Positions 38,232-52,750 of a stretch of DNA of 64,000 nucleotides are shown piece by piece. How positions within the stretch are numbered: the stretch's first letter is position 1; each line of letters starts with the position of its first letter. Source of the stretch: Lama guanicoe (lineage: Eukaryota). A program made the position numbers and the translations under genes. Location: positions 14,846,851 through 14,910,850 of the forward strand of contig MU056000.1 of NCBI GenBank assembly GCA_013239625.1. The letters run 5' to 3'. The notes beneath the pieces were generated by a model, which was not told the DNA's origin, did no database searches, and worked only from the letters and a program-made list of their open reading frames with translations.

Positions 38232-38663
38232 TGTCAATCAGAAACAAAGGCAAAAACAAAATCAAAAGCGTGCAAAGAGGAAAAGAGTTTGTTTGGGGTC
38301 TTGGGAACTGCAATTCAGGAGGCACAGGTTTGAGTAGCAACTCAGATGTTTTCTGAGGAAAGTTAAAAATGGCAGAGGTTTATAAAGACGATGGAAAAAG
38401 ACATTACAGAGAAGTTATATAGATTGTTTTGCAGAATGATAATTGGTGGCAGAAGGCATTCAGTTACTTCTCAGCAACTGTTGTAGTTGCTATGCCAAGG
38501 TTTCCAGGGAGAGAAGAAAAGGAGTTCCGAGTGGCCTGTTGTTCGCCTAGTTAGAAGGTTATGTTGCATCTGGGTGTGGATGTGTATAAGTTCTACTTCC
38601 CCAGTAGCCTCCTGGCACCATTTTTAGATCCTTTTGACATAAGTGACTCCATTTTATTTTTCA
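38232..38663 (-). mobile_element. ERV1 (MER4-group-like) solo LTR
   Basis: TG...CA termini; GAACTGCAATTCAGGAGGCACAG and terminal GACTCCATTTTATTTTTCA. Confidence 0.7.
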
Positions 38664-40523
38664 TGGTATGTATCTTCCTCAGTTGCACTGTCTACTTCCT
38701 AGTTTCTGTATGGGAGTTCTTCCAAATCATGATTCAAGACACCTTGATCACCCTAGCAAATAAAAGTAGAGAGTCTAGAAATTAATTTGTCAATAGCCTT
38801 CCATCCCATCTTGGATTCTCAGCTTCATTCCTAGTAATTTCTAGCTCTATAACTTGGAATTTCTCTGTTCCAATGGTCTAAAACTTTAGCATTCCCTTTT
38901 TTGTTTTCCCTGCAAGATTTCTTTCTTCTTTTAAGATTTGAGTCATGTTGTGCCTTTATTTAGCATTCAACAGATGATTAAACTGTTACTATAGGTTACA
39001 ATAGCCCTGGAGGAAGATGTCTTCTACTCTCCCAAATCTGCCTGGAAACTCAGTGATGAGACTGGTTCTATCACTCTAGGCTCCCTTAATCCATTATTTA
39101 AACTTGGTTTTAAAAATTATATGTCTAGTCTTACTCAGTGTTTGCACATTATAAGATATATTTTTCTATTCTCATGAAATGCAGCCTCCTTACAACAGAA
39201 ATACAATAATGAAATAATTCATTTTGCCATATTAGTAATGTTAAAATTCAACTTTTCTAATGGAAATAAGTGGACAGTCAAGAATTACTATTAATGGGAG
39301 GACCATGTATTAATTATTTCTTGAATTTAGAATGCTAGTGAATCCATACGTATAAATAAAGAATTGAAATGATTTGAAATAAGAAGGCAATGTAGTAAGT
39401 TTATTGTCAACTGTAATTCAAAATCCTAAGGGGGAAAATTCAAAGGAAAAATAAGTTTTTGGTTCACTTTAGTTACTAGATTGTGTTAAAATTTTAGGAA
39501 AATGACCGCCTTTTTTTGATTACAACTTGAAATTTGCAGGTTTGGAAAATTAGCATTAATGTTTGTTCTACTGGCAATTAGTGTCAAGTTTAAATACAGA
39601 TGGTGTGTTGTTAGTCTGTGAAATTTGGGGCTGTCTTTCAAGTAGTAAAACAAATCAACAATGTTGATTACTATGTAATTGAATATCTGCAGTTTCATTT
39701 GCTTTGAAACGTGTTTACTACCACTGATGCTTATTGACAAATTTGTTATCAACTTACGACTCTGAGCCTCTGTAGTTATTTGAAGGACAGAACACCATCT
39801 GATAGTCTTACAAAAGATTAAGGGTGACTTTACTTGAATGAATGCAATATTCTAGCATAAAGTAAATTGCTCACAGTGTTTTAATTTCCTTAGGTATTAA
39901 AGGCTGAAATTATTTTCAGAAAACCAAAATTCACTTAAGTAAACACTGCAATGTTGCTTGATCCCCATTTCCTCCCGCCCATACATTTTTACATAAGACT
40001 GTTCACACTTTTTAAAAAATTCTATTTAAACATTACTTTTGTTGGTATTTTTAAGTATTAAAAATAAAATAAGAGTTTGTTTCTTACAATCTCTAAATAT
40101 ATGTGAAGGAAAACAAACATATAAATGATTGAGGAGGCATCACTGGATAAGTGGCAAAGGTGGTCTTAAAGAAATAAGGTAATCAGAGTTAATGTCTCTT
40201 TCCTCCCATCATGAAAGTAACTAATAATTACTATAAAACTTTATAATTTATTTAAATAGTTGGTGTATATATTTATAACTGATACCTATATTAGTAAACT
40301 AGTTTTATCATTCATTTGAAATCTAGTGTACCATGACATTAAATTACTTAAGTGGAGCTTTGTTCTACCAAATACTTGAATCACATGATACCTCAAGTTT
40401 TTAAAAATAAATCATTTAATTAACGAGTTAATCTAGTCACTCAATTCTAGCTAATCATCAAAAATCCATGAGTCAGTGGCAATTTTCATTTTAAACATAA
40501 ACTTCATGTGGGAAATAATGCTA

Positions 40524-40692
40524 CAAAGTTGTCCTTTGGTATCCCCGGGCATTGGTTCCAGGACCACTGCAGATACCAAACTCTGTGGATGCTCAAGTCA
40601 CTTGTATAAAATGGTGCAGTACATTTAGTTCTCCATATCTGCACTTTGCTCACCCACAGATACAGAACCCCAGGGATATGTAGGGCAGACTG
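40524..40692. mobile_element. MER2-like Tigger MITE
   Basis: TIR-like ends AGTTGTCCTTTGGTATCC / GGATATGTAGGGCAGACTG, TA flanks, and internal GGATGCTCAAGTCACTTGTATAAAATGG. Confidence 0.85.
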
Positions 40693-40879
40693 TATTCTGT
40701 AACACAAGATGTGTTGGCAGCATCTGGTAATTGATACTGTTGTCTGCAAGGATTTCCTGATGTTCTCTCGGCCCATAAATTAAATAATGACTGAATAGTT
40801 ATTTAGACAACATACTATAGGTGCTAAAATAACAACTGACTAGTATTTATTACATTCAATATATCATATTATTATAAGT

Positions 40880-41316
40880 TTTATGTTAAGAAGATTTGCT
40901 GTCTGCTAAAAATAAATCCCAAAGATAAAGTGTATGAAAAACATTTTAAGTTTATTTCTTGCTCACTTTATGGTAGTGAGTGGGTGAACAAGATGGCAGG
41001 ATGGCCTTCTTCCATGTGGCCATTCAGAGATCCAGGCTGACAGAGGAATTGCCACCTTCAAGACGTGGCTTCTGAAGTTACCCTAGGGCTCATGTCATTT
41101 TCTCTCCAGCAAGATGGTAGAAGGGAAGAGTGTATGAAAAGTATTTGAAACAGATCTGGTGATGCAGTTCCTCATTTGATCTGATATTCAGTGGGCTAGA
41201 ACTTAGTCAAATGGCCTCATCTAAGTAAGACAGAAATTGGGAACGTAGGCTAGGTGTGTAGCCAGTAATAGGGGGAAAACATAGATTTTGAATCATAGCC
41301 ACCAGTCTCTTTCACA
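40880..41316 (-). mobile_element. MLT1 (I/J-like) LTR
   Basis: CATTCAGAGATCCAGGCTGACAGAGG, GCTAGAACTTAGTCAAATGGCC, and the end CAGTCTCTTTCACA. Confidence 0.75.
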
Positions 41317-41879
41317 CGTGCTTTCTGTGAATAATCCCATTTAATTATTTCAACATCTCTTTATATTTCTGATTTGTTGATAAAGTGAAACTTAGAAAAT
41401 TACATGACATGACCACGCTATATGCTGATTGTGCCAAGGTCGAAGTCTTTCTGACACAAAATACCTCTGTCCTTTGTTATGTTAATATTGTTCATTATAA
41501 TTAATCCTAATTGACTATTTGCATTTGCATTATTGTTCTTATACACAGGTATGTAATGTTTGAACGTATTCTTTATAAGAAGAATTTCCATTTCTAATGG
41601 TGAATATGCTACATATTTTATTTCACTTATCTATATGTAATGAATATTTGCCAATTATATCCTCCCAACCCTCAAATTCTTTTTCTGTTATTTTATTCGG
41701 TTAAAGGTCAAGTTCTGCTCTCTCAGCATTGTTTATATTTTCCTTTTTGTGACAGTATTTCATTTTCTCAAGGATAATCCTTGATTTTAAACTGTGATAT
41801 AACAAAATACAAGCAGATTTTAATTTCACGGAGACTCATCCGAGGCTAATGGGCAGAATTTTCTCCTCTCCAGTGGTTC

Positions 41880-42215
41880 TTTTATTTGTTCATTCTACAA
41901 ATGCTTTTAGAGCCTCCATTATGCATCAGTCAGTTTTGTGATACAGGAAATAGAATAGTTCATAAAACATTTAAAGCCCCTCCCTTCAATGACTGACTTT
42001 CCATTCTAGTGGAGAACACAGATTATAAACAAATAAATGTTAGATTACATAATATAATGTCATACAAATGATCTGTTGGAACATAAATCAAAGAAGGCAG
42101 GTAATTGTTTAATATTTTTACCAAAAAAAATACCATTTTAGCTAAACTCATCAGTGAAGTCTTTTGTCAAAATTTGGCATTTGAGCATGAACCTGAATGA
42201 AATATAGATAAATGG
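41880..42215 (-). mobile_element. L2 3' end
   Basis: Reverse L2 tail, with TTCCATTCTAGTGGAGAACACAGA and GGCATTTGAGCATGAACCTGAATGA. Confidence 0.7.
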
Positions 42216-43479
42216 GAACTACTATATTTACTAATACTTTAAACAGAACTTTCTCAAGTGGCAAGTAAGCAATTATGGAGTTTGGCTGAGTTTTGTGATA
42301 AATTACAGAATGGATGAACTTTAGGAAACAGATTTGTAATGAGTGGTGGCTTCATGTGATGGAAAGGTTAATGGGATTTGTTGATGTAGAAGCAGGTGAT
42401 GCTTGCTGTACTTCTAACCTGGAGGCAGAGGTAAACCAAGTAAAATTGCACATGATTAAATTTTACCTACGACTTTATGATATGATTAGGTATGGGTTCC
42501 TGTGCATGGATATTCATAAGTGACCAAATAATTGAGAATGTAATTATTTTATGGCATAAATAAACCAAAGTGCATCTACATTGCCAAGAGAAGTTCTGTA
42601 TTTTCACACATAATGTTATTATTCCCTGAACATTGCAACTTTCATAACAATATTTTCTTTATAATTAATGTTGGTTGACTTCTTACATTGTAGATCATTA
42701 ATTAAAAAAAAGATGACTGGATTCATTAAACAAATAAAACATGACCATAATATAATATGTATATCAAGTGATACTTCCAAATTTTATAGGGTTTGCATCT
42801 ATTGACCATCTCCTCATAAAGGCTCTGTAGAATAAGCCATTATTTATGAAAAGGAAGGCTTCCTTATTTCTGCTCATGGAGGTTAGGTAAACTTAGAAGT
42901 ACCAGGGATCAAGAAGATCAATTGATTTTATGTTAAATCAGTTTTATAGGTTGGAAGGATTCAAGGTTAGGGTTGGAGAAACAGTGTAAAGCTCAGATTT
43001 TTGAGACTACCATTTAAAATCATCAGAAAGAACATAAGTGGCAAGAAATCAGAAATCAGAGAGGTTTTGAAATGAAATTTGAAGTGAATTTAAAGAGTCA
43101 TAAATAAAGCAAAAAGTGGATGCAGTTTTATTGGCTGTTACTGGCATTCACAAGTAGAAATAGCAACTGAAATAAAATCCAAGAAGAGTTTATTTTTTAT
43201 ACCGATTGTAATTTCTAGCATCTAGCAGTTTACAGTACATAGTAGGCATACACATATCTTTATTAGAATGAACTAAATTGTCTTGTCGATACCTACTCTT
43301 GGCATTGTTATTCTTAAGTACCTAGAAAGCAAAGTCAATCATTCATAAAAAGCCCAACCACAAACAGAAAAAAAAAAAAAAGTGAAAATGTGAAGTTGTG
43401 ACTGAAGTAGATTTTTAGATATTATAAGAAAGGATACAACTTTTCTCAATCCTATGTTAATTCAGTTGAAAGCATATGT

Positions 43480-44700
43480 ATATGCACATATTTATTATTG
43501 TGGAAAACTTAAAACATATGGAAAAAAGAAAGTACGTATGTATATGTTTAATGGATTCAGCACCTATCTTTAGGAATAGTCAACTTTTTTCACAAGTATT
43601 TTCATTTGCCCTACTTCTAATTTTATTTATTTATTTTTCATGTTGCATCAGATCAGATCAGATATTCAAAGCAAATCTTGGACATCATGCCTTTCCATCC
43701 AAAATATTTTATTACACATCTCTAAACATTGCAGGTCTTTTTTTTTTATTATAAATTGTACCTTGTTATTATCACACCCAAGAAAATTTGCAATATTTCC
43801 TTAATATCATTTACTACCCAAAATAAATATGCTTATTTGTCTCAAAATTGTATTATTTTAATCTATCTTTCTCCAACTCTAGCCTTGAATCCTTCCAACC
43901 TGTAAATATGCCACATGTAGCAATGGCTTGTTGTCTTGTAAGTCTCTTGCAAACTGTACTAACTTATTGAGATCAAGTTATTTGTCCTGTAGAAAACAAC
44001 CTGCTTTATATTTGACTGATGGCTTCTTTCTGGTGAGATAGTGAAAAAATAGGAAATAATGCACATTTTGGGCTTTGTAGGCTAACTCTACCTTGACAGC
44101 ATGAAACAGCCCTGAGTGATACTTGGATGAGTAGGGCTGCAGTCTAAAAAAGTATTTATGGATGTCGATAATTAAATTTTATATAATTTTCACATGCCAC
44201 AGAATATTATTATTTTTTAAATATTTTTAACCATTTAAAATGTAAAACTCTCATTTTTGCTTGCGTATTAGACAAAATTATTCCCTGGGGAGCCATTTCC
44301 ATTGCTACTGCCTTATCCCTTTATATTCTATAATCTGATCATTGAATTTAAAAGCTGGATAAGATTTTGATCATGTTTTGGGGGAGAGCATTTCATATAC
44401 ACCATAATATTATTGAATGAAATCATAAGGTGCCCAATGTCTTGATATCCCTTTTTAGTAATGCTGATTATGGTCTGTCTGATTCCTCTGTTACGGACTT
44501 CCCATAAACCTTTCATTTATTGACATTAGTTTCTATTGATGACTATTGTCTTCATTGTTTCCTTTGAGTAAATAAGTTAGTGATTTTCTGATACCATCTT
44601 TTTTTTTTCTGCATTTATTAATAAGAATTCCCCCCCCCAAAAATTTAAAAATTGCTATATTAATCATTTGGTAATCTTATCATTAATTCTAGGTTACCAT
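43480..44700 (-). mobile_element. L1MC-type 3' UTR fragments, interrupted by MER58
   Basis: AAAGCAAATCTTGGACATCATG...TTATTATCACACCCAAGAAAATT; resumes after ~44290. Confidence 0.6.
44050..44290. mobile_element. MER58B-like hAT-Charlie MITE
   Basis: TATATAATTTTCACATGCCACAGAATATTATT...AACCATTTAAAATGTAAAAC. Confidence 0.75.
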
Positions 44701-44719
44701 TATTTCTCTTTAAAGGTGT

Positions 44720-44945
44720 ATTTTTATTTTTTTAATTGAAGTATAACTTCTCTACAATATTATATAAGTTACGGGTATACAGCATAGTGATTTCACCATT
44801 TGTAAAGGTTATTCTCAATTTATAGCTATTATAAAATATTGGCTATATTCCTCATGTTGTGCAATATATCTTTGTAGCTCGTTTTATGTCTAACAGTTTG
44901 TACCTATTACTCTCCTACCCTTATATTGCCCCTACCCATTCCTAA
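44720..44945 (-). mobile_element. L1 3' end (cetartiodactyl type)
   Basis: TTTTTAATTGAAGTATAAC...AAAATATTGGCTATATTCC. Confidence 0.8.
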
Positions 44946-45789
44946 ATGGAAGTTTCTAGATTCAATGTCTGGAGAGCTGCTATAAATCACATGAGCTTTG
45001 TTATGAATTATTTGGGTTCTTATGACTAATATTAACACAGTGTTTTAATAATAGCATTCTCTTAATACTCTGAAAAATAAACATCCTTAGGTCTAATGAC
45101 ATCGAATTAGTGTTTGATTTTAGAGAGTTATGCAACAACAAATCTTGCCTATTTTTACTGAAATAGAGACCTTATTTTGCTTGGAGTAATTACTGTACTT
45201 TATTAGGTTGGTAAACCCTGGCACTGAACACTTTAAAGAGGATGAGATTATTTCATAATTAATAAGGCTTACTCAGATTATTTTCCTCTTTCATTGAGCT
45301 TTTCCTTCAAGCTGCTCAGGAGATTTTGAGCATTTAAATTACAAATAAAAATTGATCCTCAAAATCGGCTGTGTTAATTAAATGAATAAAGAAAATCAAT
45401 ACAAACTGACTAATTTTAACAACTTAAAAAAATAGGCTCAGTGATAGTTTTGCTTTTCAAATAAAATGCATACAGCGTTCCTAATTATCTTTATTACTCA
45501 TGTCATTTTCTATTTTGAGATTATTTTACAACAGAATTCCTATCTGAAAATAGATCTTCATGGCTCAACATATACAAGTTGGATGAAGTTGAACATTTTA
45601 TTTGTTTTTTTAAAAAGGAGTGAATAAGCTATTCCTTCTCCTTTCAAATTCATTCTCACTCTTTCTGCTCCACATCCCACATCCTCTCTCTTATCCAAGG
45701 ACATTTCATCAGCAGTTTCTGGTCTGTCACCTGTGTTACCAAAGTGTCAGCACCTACTGTCTCATTTCTGTCAACATGCACACATTTTA

Positions 45790-46150
45790 CTATTTCTCTC
45801 ATGTTACAACAACAAAAAAAGAAATCCCTCTTCCTCTTCTGTCTATGTTTTCATTCATTTCTTCCTATTTCAGGAAAACTTCTCAATGTTTAGACTCTAG
45901 TTCCTGATTCTTTGCTCTCATTCCCTTAAATTCACTCTAGTTAGCATTCCACTCCAGTCCTATATACCTCTGTCCAAGATCATTGATGACTTCCTCTTTA
46001 TTGAATTCAGCGTCTAAGTATGAGATCTCAACTCCTTTATCACACTACAATTTCATTAGTTGATCACTCTCCTTCTCACACTTTTTGACATCTGATGCTT
46101 TTTTGTTTTTCCTCTGACTTCATGGCCGTTCCTCAGTCTCTTTCCTTGTG
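45790..46150 (+). mobile_element. L2 internal fragment
   Basis: CAAGATCATTGATGACTTCCT...AGTTGATCACTCTCCTTCT...TTTTCCTCTGACTTCATGGCCGTTCCTCAGTCTC. Confidence 0.65.
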
Positions 46151-47500
46151 TCACAGTATTTTTTCTTGCCATATATTCAGTGCATGTCAACTTTACATAA
46201 TGTTTAAATTCCATTTTTATAATCTCAATGCCGTTATCACTATTTGAAATTCTGCATGCTGTTGCCTACTTCATTCATGATTTTTGTTGTGTCCTACTTG
46301 GGTCATTAATTAGAAGTAAGTTGTTTCATTTTTTCATTTCCAATAATAAGTTTTATGAATTTATGTTTTTGTGTGTGCATTTTTATTATTAATTTCTAAT
46401 TTTATTGAATGAATTCCAACAACATAGCCTGTATTCTTATGATGTTTTGAGAATTGTCTTGTAACGAAACACATAGTCAATGTTTAAATTTTGTATTTTT
46501 ATTGTTATTTCTGATAAATTTATATTTAATTTTTGACTTCTCAGTTTATAAGTTACATAGAAAGGTGAGCTAAAATCTAACTTGATACTGTATTTTAATT
46601 TTATCACTTTTTGCTCTATAATTTTGAGAACTACATTTTAAGATGTCTATATTTCATCATATTATTGTTCATTTTGACCTTTAATTAGCTAAATTACTTC
46701 ACCTTAAGTTCTTTATTTTGATGTATCTAATTTTATTGAGATATTTCATATGTATCTTTCTTCATTTCTTCATTTTCAAACAGACTGTGTTGTTTCATTA
46801 TATGTTACTATTTATTTAAACTTAGCATATTTACATTTTATTGTCTTTTTCCTTAACATGGCTTTCTGGCTACTTCAGTCTGGCTTCCTTTTCCTTCTTA
46901 TCAAATGTTTTGCATCTCTCATTTTTTTATTCTTTTCTCAATACATTTGTTTAATTTGTATCTTCACACTTATTGAGCAAACTGAGTAAGTAGCTTGACT
47001 ATTTTGTTCCTGATCACATTAACAGGAAGCATCTCTCATTTTGCTTATTTGTTCCTTCTGGAACTCCTCCTAAATAATAACATTGCTTCTTTTCAAGTTA
47101 ATTTTGCATAATCCTAACTTTTTAATTTATTTTTAATTTTCTTCTTTTTATTGCTTTGACTTCCACTCTGGATTATCATCTTAATTCTAGGTTAAATTTT
47201 TTCTAATTCCCTCTTCAGCAGTTGTCCCTTTTGTTGACTTAAACCCTTTAATTGCCCCTTTACATAACCATCTCTTAAGTAATTTTTCAGTCTAACTTAA
47301 AGATGGCATTCTTTTATCACTTTGAGTTTATATATTTGAAATATAAATTGTGACTATTTATTGAATTTACTAGTTGCTCATGTAATTGAGTTTCTAATGC
47401 TGTTTACAATACTTATCATTTTACTTGCTACTTCTTTTTCTGCAACTTGTTTCCATATTTGATTTCCTGCCTCTTCATTCCAGCGCTCTGGAAGTTATAG
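46150..47500 (-). mobile_element. Very old L1 remnants
   Basis: T-rich, with ATTTCTAATTTTATTG...AACATAGCCTGTAT and other degenerate reverse L1 ORF2 motifs. Confidence 0.5.
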
Positions 47501-47529
47501 TTGTAAATAGAGTTTTAATTTAGGGAGTT

Positions 47530-48740
47530 AAGTACTTAACACTCTATCCAGCTAGTGATCTCTGGATGGTTGGTTATAGTGGCTAAATGACTTGCACAAC
47601 ACCTTTAAGTATGCTATATCAGATGCTCAGCTCTCATCTCTATTGTAGGTCAGATTTTCAGCAGTAGCTAGAAAAACCTTTTGAGAGGTAACTCGTTCCA
47701 TTGTTCCATTGATAGCCTCCATCTCTAACTATTTCATAGCGAATGCAATGGTATATCTGAGAATAGGGGCTGATTGAAATCTACTGGCTGAGTCATCCTA
47801 TACACTGGGTTGTTTATTACCTCTTCCACAGGTAATGATCTCTGATGGACATTAATAAATGATGTAATCAATTCTTACATGTTTTGCCTATTCCCATTCC
47901 AATGCCCACATGCTGCTTCTACAGAAAAACTTTTCACCAGATTTCCAGAATTTCTACTTCTAGGTACCTGACCAACTAACCATGCCCTCTACTATTGCTC
48001 ATGAACTCACACAAATTTTTAACTCATTCAACTTATCTTTCCATACAGTGCAAATGAAAAGGTATAACTTACTAAGATTTGGCTCCTGGAGGGATTTCCC
48101 CTCATCACTGCTGGGGAGCTATTTACTTCTCACTAATTCAGCCACCTTAGGTGGTTTGATAATAGTCCTCTCATGATGGGAAGTTTTGGCTCTGTGGTTT
48201 CATGATGCTTCCTGGCTTGCCACTCAGGCTTTCACCAGGGTCCAGTAGCATTCCAGTAGCTATGTTATGAATGACGTTGACTCCTGAGTTATAGATAGAA
48301 TGCTCTTAATCCTAAACAATGAAAATATGCACTGCCTCTTTCTTATTGGGTTTACCAGAGATGCGCCTATTATCTTTATGATGATACCTTTAGAACCGTA
48401 GGATCTGTTAGATCATATGTTCTAAGCAGCTGGACTGCTTATATTGCAAGCCAGATATGAGTTCTTTGTTGTTGGGCGACAAGGCTTTAAAACTGGAATC
48501 TTTATGTGTCACATGGTAAATTGGTTGGAACAGTATTGTTAAGCATGAAACATGATGCTTCCAAAACCTGAAGAGTCTTACCAAGAATTGTTCATCTTTG
48601 TTAGCTGTAGAAGCTCCAAAATGCAAATATTTACCCTTTATTTTGAAGGGGATGCTCTGGCATGCCATAGAAAAATGGGTTCCTAAATTCTTTATCTCAG
48701 AAATTTCAACAGAAATAGGAGTTCCCATACATGGAACCCC
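47530..48740 (-). pseudogene. pol: ERVL (class III) pol remnant: RT thumb, connection and RNase H
   Basis: IPFKIKGKYLHFGASTANKDEQFLVRLFRFWKHHVSCLTILFQPIYHVTHKDSSF matches ERVL IPSKVKDKLLHLAPPTTKKEAQRLVGLFGFWRQHIPHLGVLLRPIYRVTRKAASF. A GKS.Q..-like RNase H motif lies near 48090. Confidence 0.85.
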
Positions 48741-49259
48741 AGGACAAACAAGCGTTGCTGCCAAGACCCAGGCCAAGAAAGTGCTGTTGTCACTGACAGA
48801 ACGACTACAGGCACAGAGCACCCATGCTCAGGAAGACTAGACTACCAGACTTGGCTCAGCCTTCTTAACTGTAGTCACCTGCTAAAGTTTATCTGCTGTT
48901 GGAATGCCGCCTTCTCCGTTTTTCCGCCTTGTGAATTTCACACAAGGAAATCGGGAAGACAAAGTCTGAATCATGCCCAGCCCTCTGGCTCTGGGGAAGT
49001 CTATAAAATGTAGATTTAACCTCCCATTCTCAGTGGCACAAGAGTGATCTTAGAAAGGAGTGGAAACAGTTGCTGAGTGTGAACAGACAGCATCTTAAAC
49101 AAATAAAGTACATGCTGAGTACATGTAAAATGTTGAAAATACATGCCATTTTAAATAAGAAATTCAAACACTGGACTCTGTTATACACAGGAGGATGCAC
49201 TGATCATTAGGTATTTAAACCTGACAAAATCATGCGGTGACTTCTTGGCAAACATCTCC

Positions 49260-49667
49260 TGTACTAGCTTCCTAGGGCTGCTACTGCAAAACACCACAGC
49301 GAGGTGTCTTAGACAGCACACACATGTATTTGTTTTTCTTCATCTTTCTGGAGGCTGGAAATCCAAGATCAAAGTGTTGGCGGGCTTGGTTTCTTCTGAG
49401 GTCTCTCTCTGTGTCTTGCAGACAGGCCACCTTCTCAGTGCTCTCACATCATCTTTTCTGTGTGTGTATCCTTCACGTTGCTATGTGTGTCCTAATGTTC
49501 TCTTTTTACAAGGACAACAGTCATAACAGATTAGAGCTCACCCAAGTGTCCTCATTTTAAATAAATCACCTCTTTCAAGGTCCTATCTCCAAAAACAGTC
49601 AAATTCTGAGGTACTGGAGGTTAGGTTTTCAACCCATGACTTCGAGAGGGGGAATTTAGCCCATAAA
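49260..49667 (-). mobile_element. MLT1B-like solo LTR
   Basis: TTCTGGAGGCTGGAAATCCAAGATCAAAGTGTTGGCGGG...ATTCTGAGGTACTGGAGGTTAGG. Confidence 0.85.
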
Positions 49668-50799
49668 CCCCCTTCCACATTTTTTTTTTAACCTGACAAG
49701 TAGAGTCAATGGAATAGGAACCTTTGTTTTTTCATAATCATTATGAAATTAATTAAAAGTCATTTGCATGTACTTTATTATAATTTTCAGTGTATGTTTT
49801 ACCCTAAAATGTTTTAGTTTATGTATATACAAATTGCTCACCCACACTGACAGAATATCTAGACTGAGTTATTTACACACTGCGTTGAAAACATTCAGAA
49901 GTAAAGTCCTTTTTTACATTTTACAATGTTTACATCATTACCGATTTATTAATTATGGCCGTAACAATTTCACTCTGAGAAATCAGTCCAGTTTCTAAGG
50001 TTATGAGAAACAGAAATGGATCTTTTTTTCATGTGGTTCAAGCTAATTTGTTTTCCTTTAGAGACAGAACCATGAAATAGGTGCTTCTGTGATTTATGAA
50101 AGAATGAGACTCACAATTATAATGGTGACATGTCAAAATTATGTTAATCTACATTGAATAGTGAAAGCACCATAATCATAGCACAATCAAGTTAGTAGAG
50201 CAGTGTTCTTAAACTCTAACTAGGCTTTGAATAAAATTGTTTTAATTATGCAAATCTAAAAGTTTTTTAAATGCTCCCATTGCTCATTATCTTTCAGCAA
50301 ATTGTGATTATTTTGTGGTGCTGACAACTACACTCTGGAATAGAGGGTCACTGGCATTTTCATAAATTATTTAAGTGTAAAAATTGCTGTATATTGGTCC
50401 ATAGGAGTCACTTTTATCACAGATAGTGTTCAAGGTGTGAAGATACAGTGACAGATCATTTCTAGGTAGAATCATGATGAGAAGTTTGGTCCAATTACTG
50501 CATGAAATTCTAGTAATAAAATGATTTTTTTGTTTAAATTGGCAACTAAGAAGGAAAGGTCAGTTCTGGCATATGTTTGAGTATAAAAGTGAGCTTATTA
50601 ATTTGGCTCATTATACACAAATATAACAAATAGGTCATTTCTGATACAGTTACTGCTTTTTATCCAAGATAAAATAATTTACTAAATTCAGAAAAAGTGA
50701 CACAAGATTACACAAAGCTGTTATTTCCAAGTAAATTTGAGTATGTGTCAAATGAATAATTATTTTCAGGTATATTTCAGGAATTAAACCATATATATG

Positions 50800-51495
50800 A
50801 TCAAAAATAATTAATATACCATATAATTTATTCATTAAAATACATAATTCAACTGTTTTTAGTATATTCACAAAGTTGTACAATCATTACCATAATCAAT
50901 TTTAGAATATTTTTATTAAAACACAAGGAAACTCCCCACCAATTAGCAGTCACCTTCCACCCCAACCCAAGTCCTAGGCAACCACAAATCTACTTTCCAT
51001 CTCTGTATACTTGTCAATGTGGACATTTCACATAAATGACATCATACAATACTTGGCCTTTGGTAAGTGACTCCTTTCACTTAGCACGTTTTCCATGTTC
51101 ATCTGTATCTTGCATGTATAAGTACTCCATTCCTTTAAATTAACACATAATGCCACATTGTATGGAGATACTATATTTTATTTATCCATTCATCAGTTGA
51201 TAGATATTTGATTTGTTTCCATTGTTTGGCTATTATGAGTAATGCTTCTATAAACTTTGTATACATGTTTTTATTTCTTTGGTATATATCTAGGAGAGGC
51301 ATTGTGAAGTCATATAACAAGTCTATGTTTGTCCTTTTGAGAGACTGCCAGACTTTTCCAAAGTGATTTTACCACTTTACATTTCCACCAATCAAATATA
51401 GGGATTCTAGTTTCTCATATTCTCAGTAACACATGTTGTTATCTGTCTTTTTGATTATATCTATCATAGAAGGTATGAAATGACATGACATTACT
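50800..51495 (-). mobile_element. L1MB-type 3' end
   Basis: TTTTTAGTATATTCACAAAGTTGTACAATCATTACCATAATCAATTTTAGAATATT...CTAGGCAACCAC. Confidence 0.85.
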
Positions 51496-51779
51496 GTACA
51501 ATTGTCTTGTATTCGTATATCAATTAGTAACAAATGCCCTCAAGTATCGCTAATAATCACTTAAATTGTGCTGGACGAGCCATTACGTGTGCTGGTCTTC
51601 CCAATTTCTAACAACTGCAACCAATGATTTAAATAATTGACAGAGATATCAATAAAAGATGAAAGAGTAAAACAACAAGTAAAAAGCAAAATAATAATAT
51701 TCCATTTACTGGCTATATTATATTTTATTTATCCATTCATTGGTTGGTGAACAATTTAGATGGAAAAAAATAGGAAAAA

Positions 51780-52750
51780 GAAGATATACTAGCATGAGGA
51801 AAGAGTTAATTCTGATTTTAAAGAATATCAACTTATTTTAATGTTCCAGAAAAACAATATTCAATCTAGAATCCTTTACTCAGGCAACTGATCAAACAAA
51901 TTGGAGAACAAAACAAAAAGACATTTTAGGCATAGCTATTTCAACAAACAAAGACAAAACAAAATAAAAACAAACCACAAACAACGACACAAAACTATCT
52001 CACATACTCTTTCTTGGGAAGCTAAGCTAATTTAAATGAAGGAATAAAGAGTGGAGGAAGAACACAGAGCAGCATCTTCAAAGGAAGATGCTCACCATAT
52101 CAGGGAAAGTAAGAGAATGCCCAGGATGCTGGGACAGGTACATCCATCCTGATAACTCAATCTTAGGCCCGTAGGGCAAGAAGAGATTGTAACATCAAAC
52201 TGTTTTCTCCAGAAAACAGACTGAAATCACAGGTTGTATACATGTTTGTATGAAAATTTGACTGAGAGGTTGAAGAAGGTGTAGAGAGAATTCATGGAAA
52301 TACAGCAAAACTATTATCGGTAAGGATATACACAAAAATATAAAAATAACAAGTTGTACATGAAAGGCAATTTAACAATAGTACACTGAGGAGCTCATAA
52401 GTATAAACATATAGTCCTAAAATCAAAATAAGTCCTACATATTGATTGAAATCAGTAGTAATTTAACAACTGAAGATGTAAGGAGAAGGAGAAGGGTATG
52501 ACATGATAAGAGAAATAAATTGTCACCTCTTACAGTAGGAGATTAATAGGTTTTTAAAATGAAAAAAATATTATTGCAGTATAAGCATATAGTTAAAAAT
52601 TATAGTTTGGTATGTGAGAAACAGCAAAAAAGAATTGTCAGTACTTATTTCTATGGAGGTAAATTAGGAGTGAGGATGAATTGATCCTTGGATTCCCCAT
52701 CCTCGAGTATTTTTTTTATTTCAATATTAATTTATTAATACATATTCATG
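51780..52750 (+). mobile_element. HAL1-like / old L1 ORF1 end and 3' region
   Basis: TTCAATCTAGAATCCTTTACTCAGGCAACTGATC...AAAGACATTTTAGGCAT...CATACTCTTTCTTGGGAAGCTA. Confidence 0.55.

Noticed and set aside
37462..38237. Cluster of overlapping minus-strand ORFs
   Set aside because: They lie in a GC-rich L1 5' UTR and have no protein similarity.
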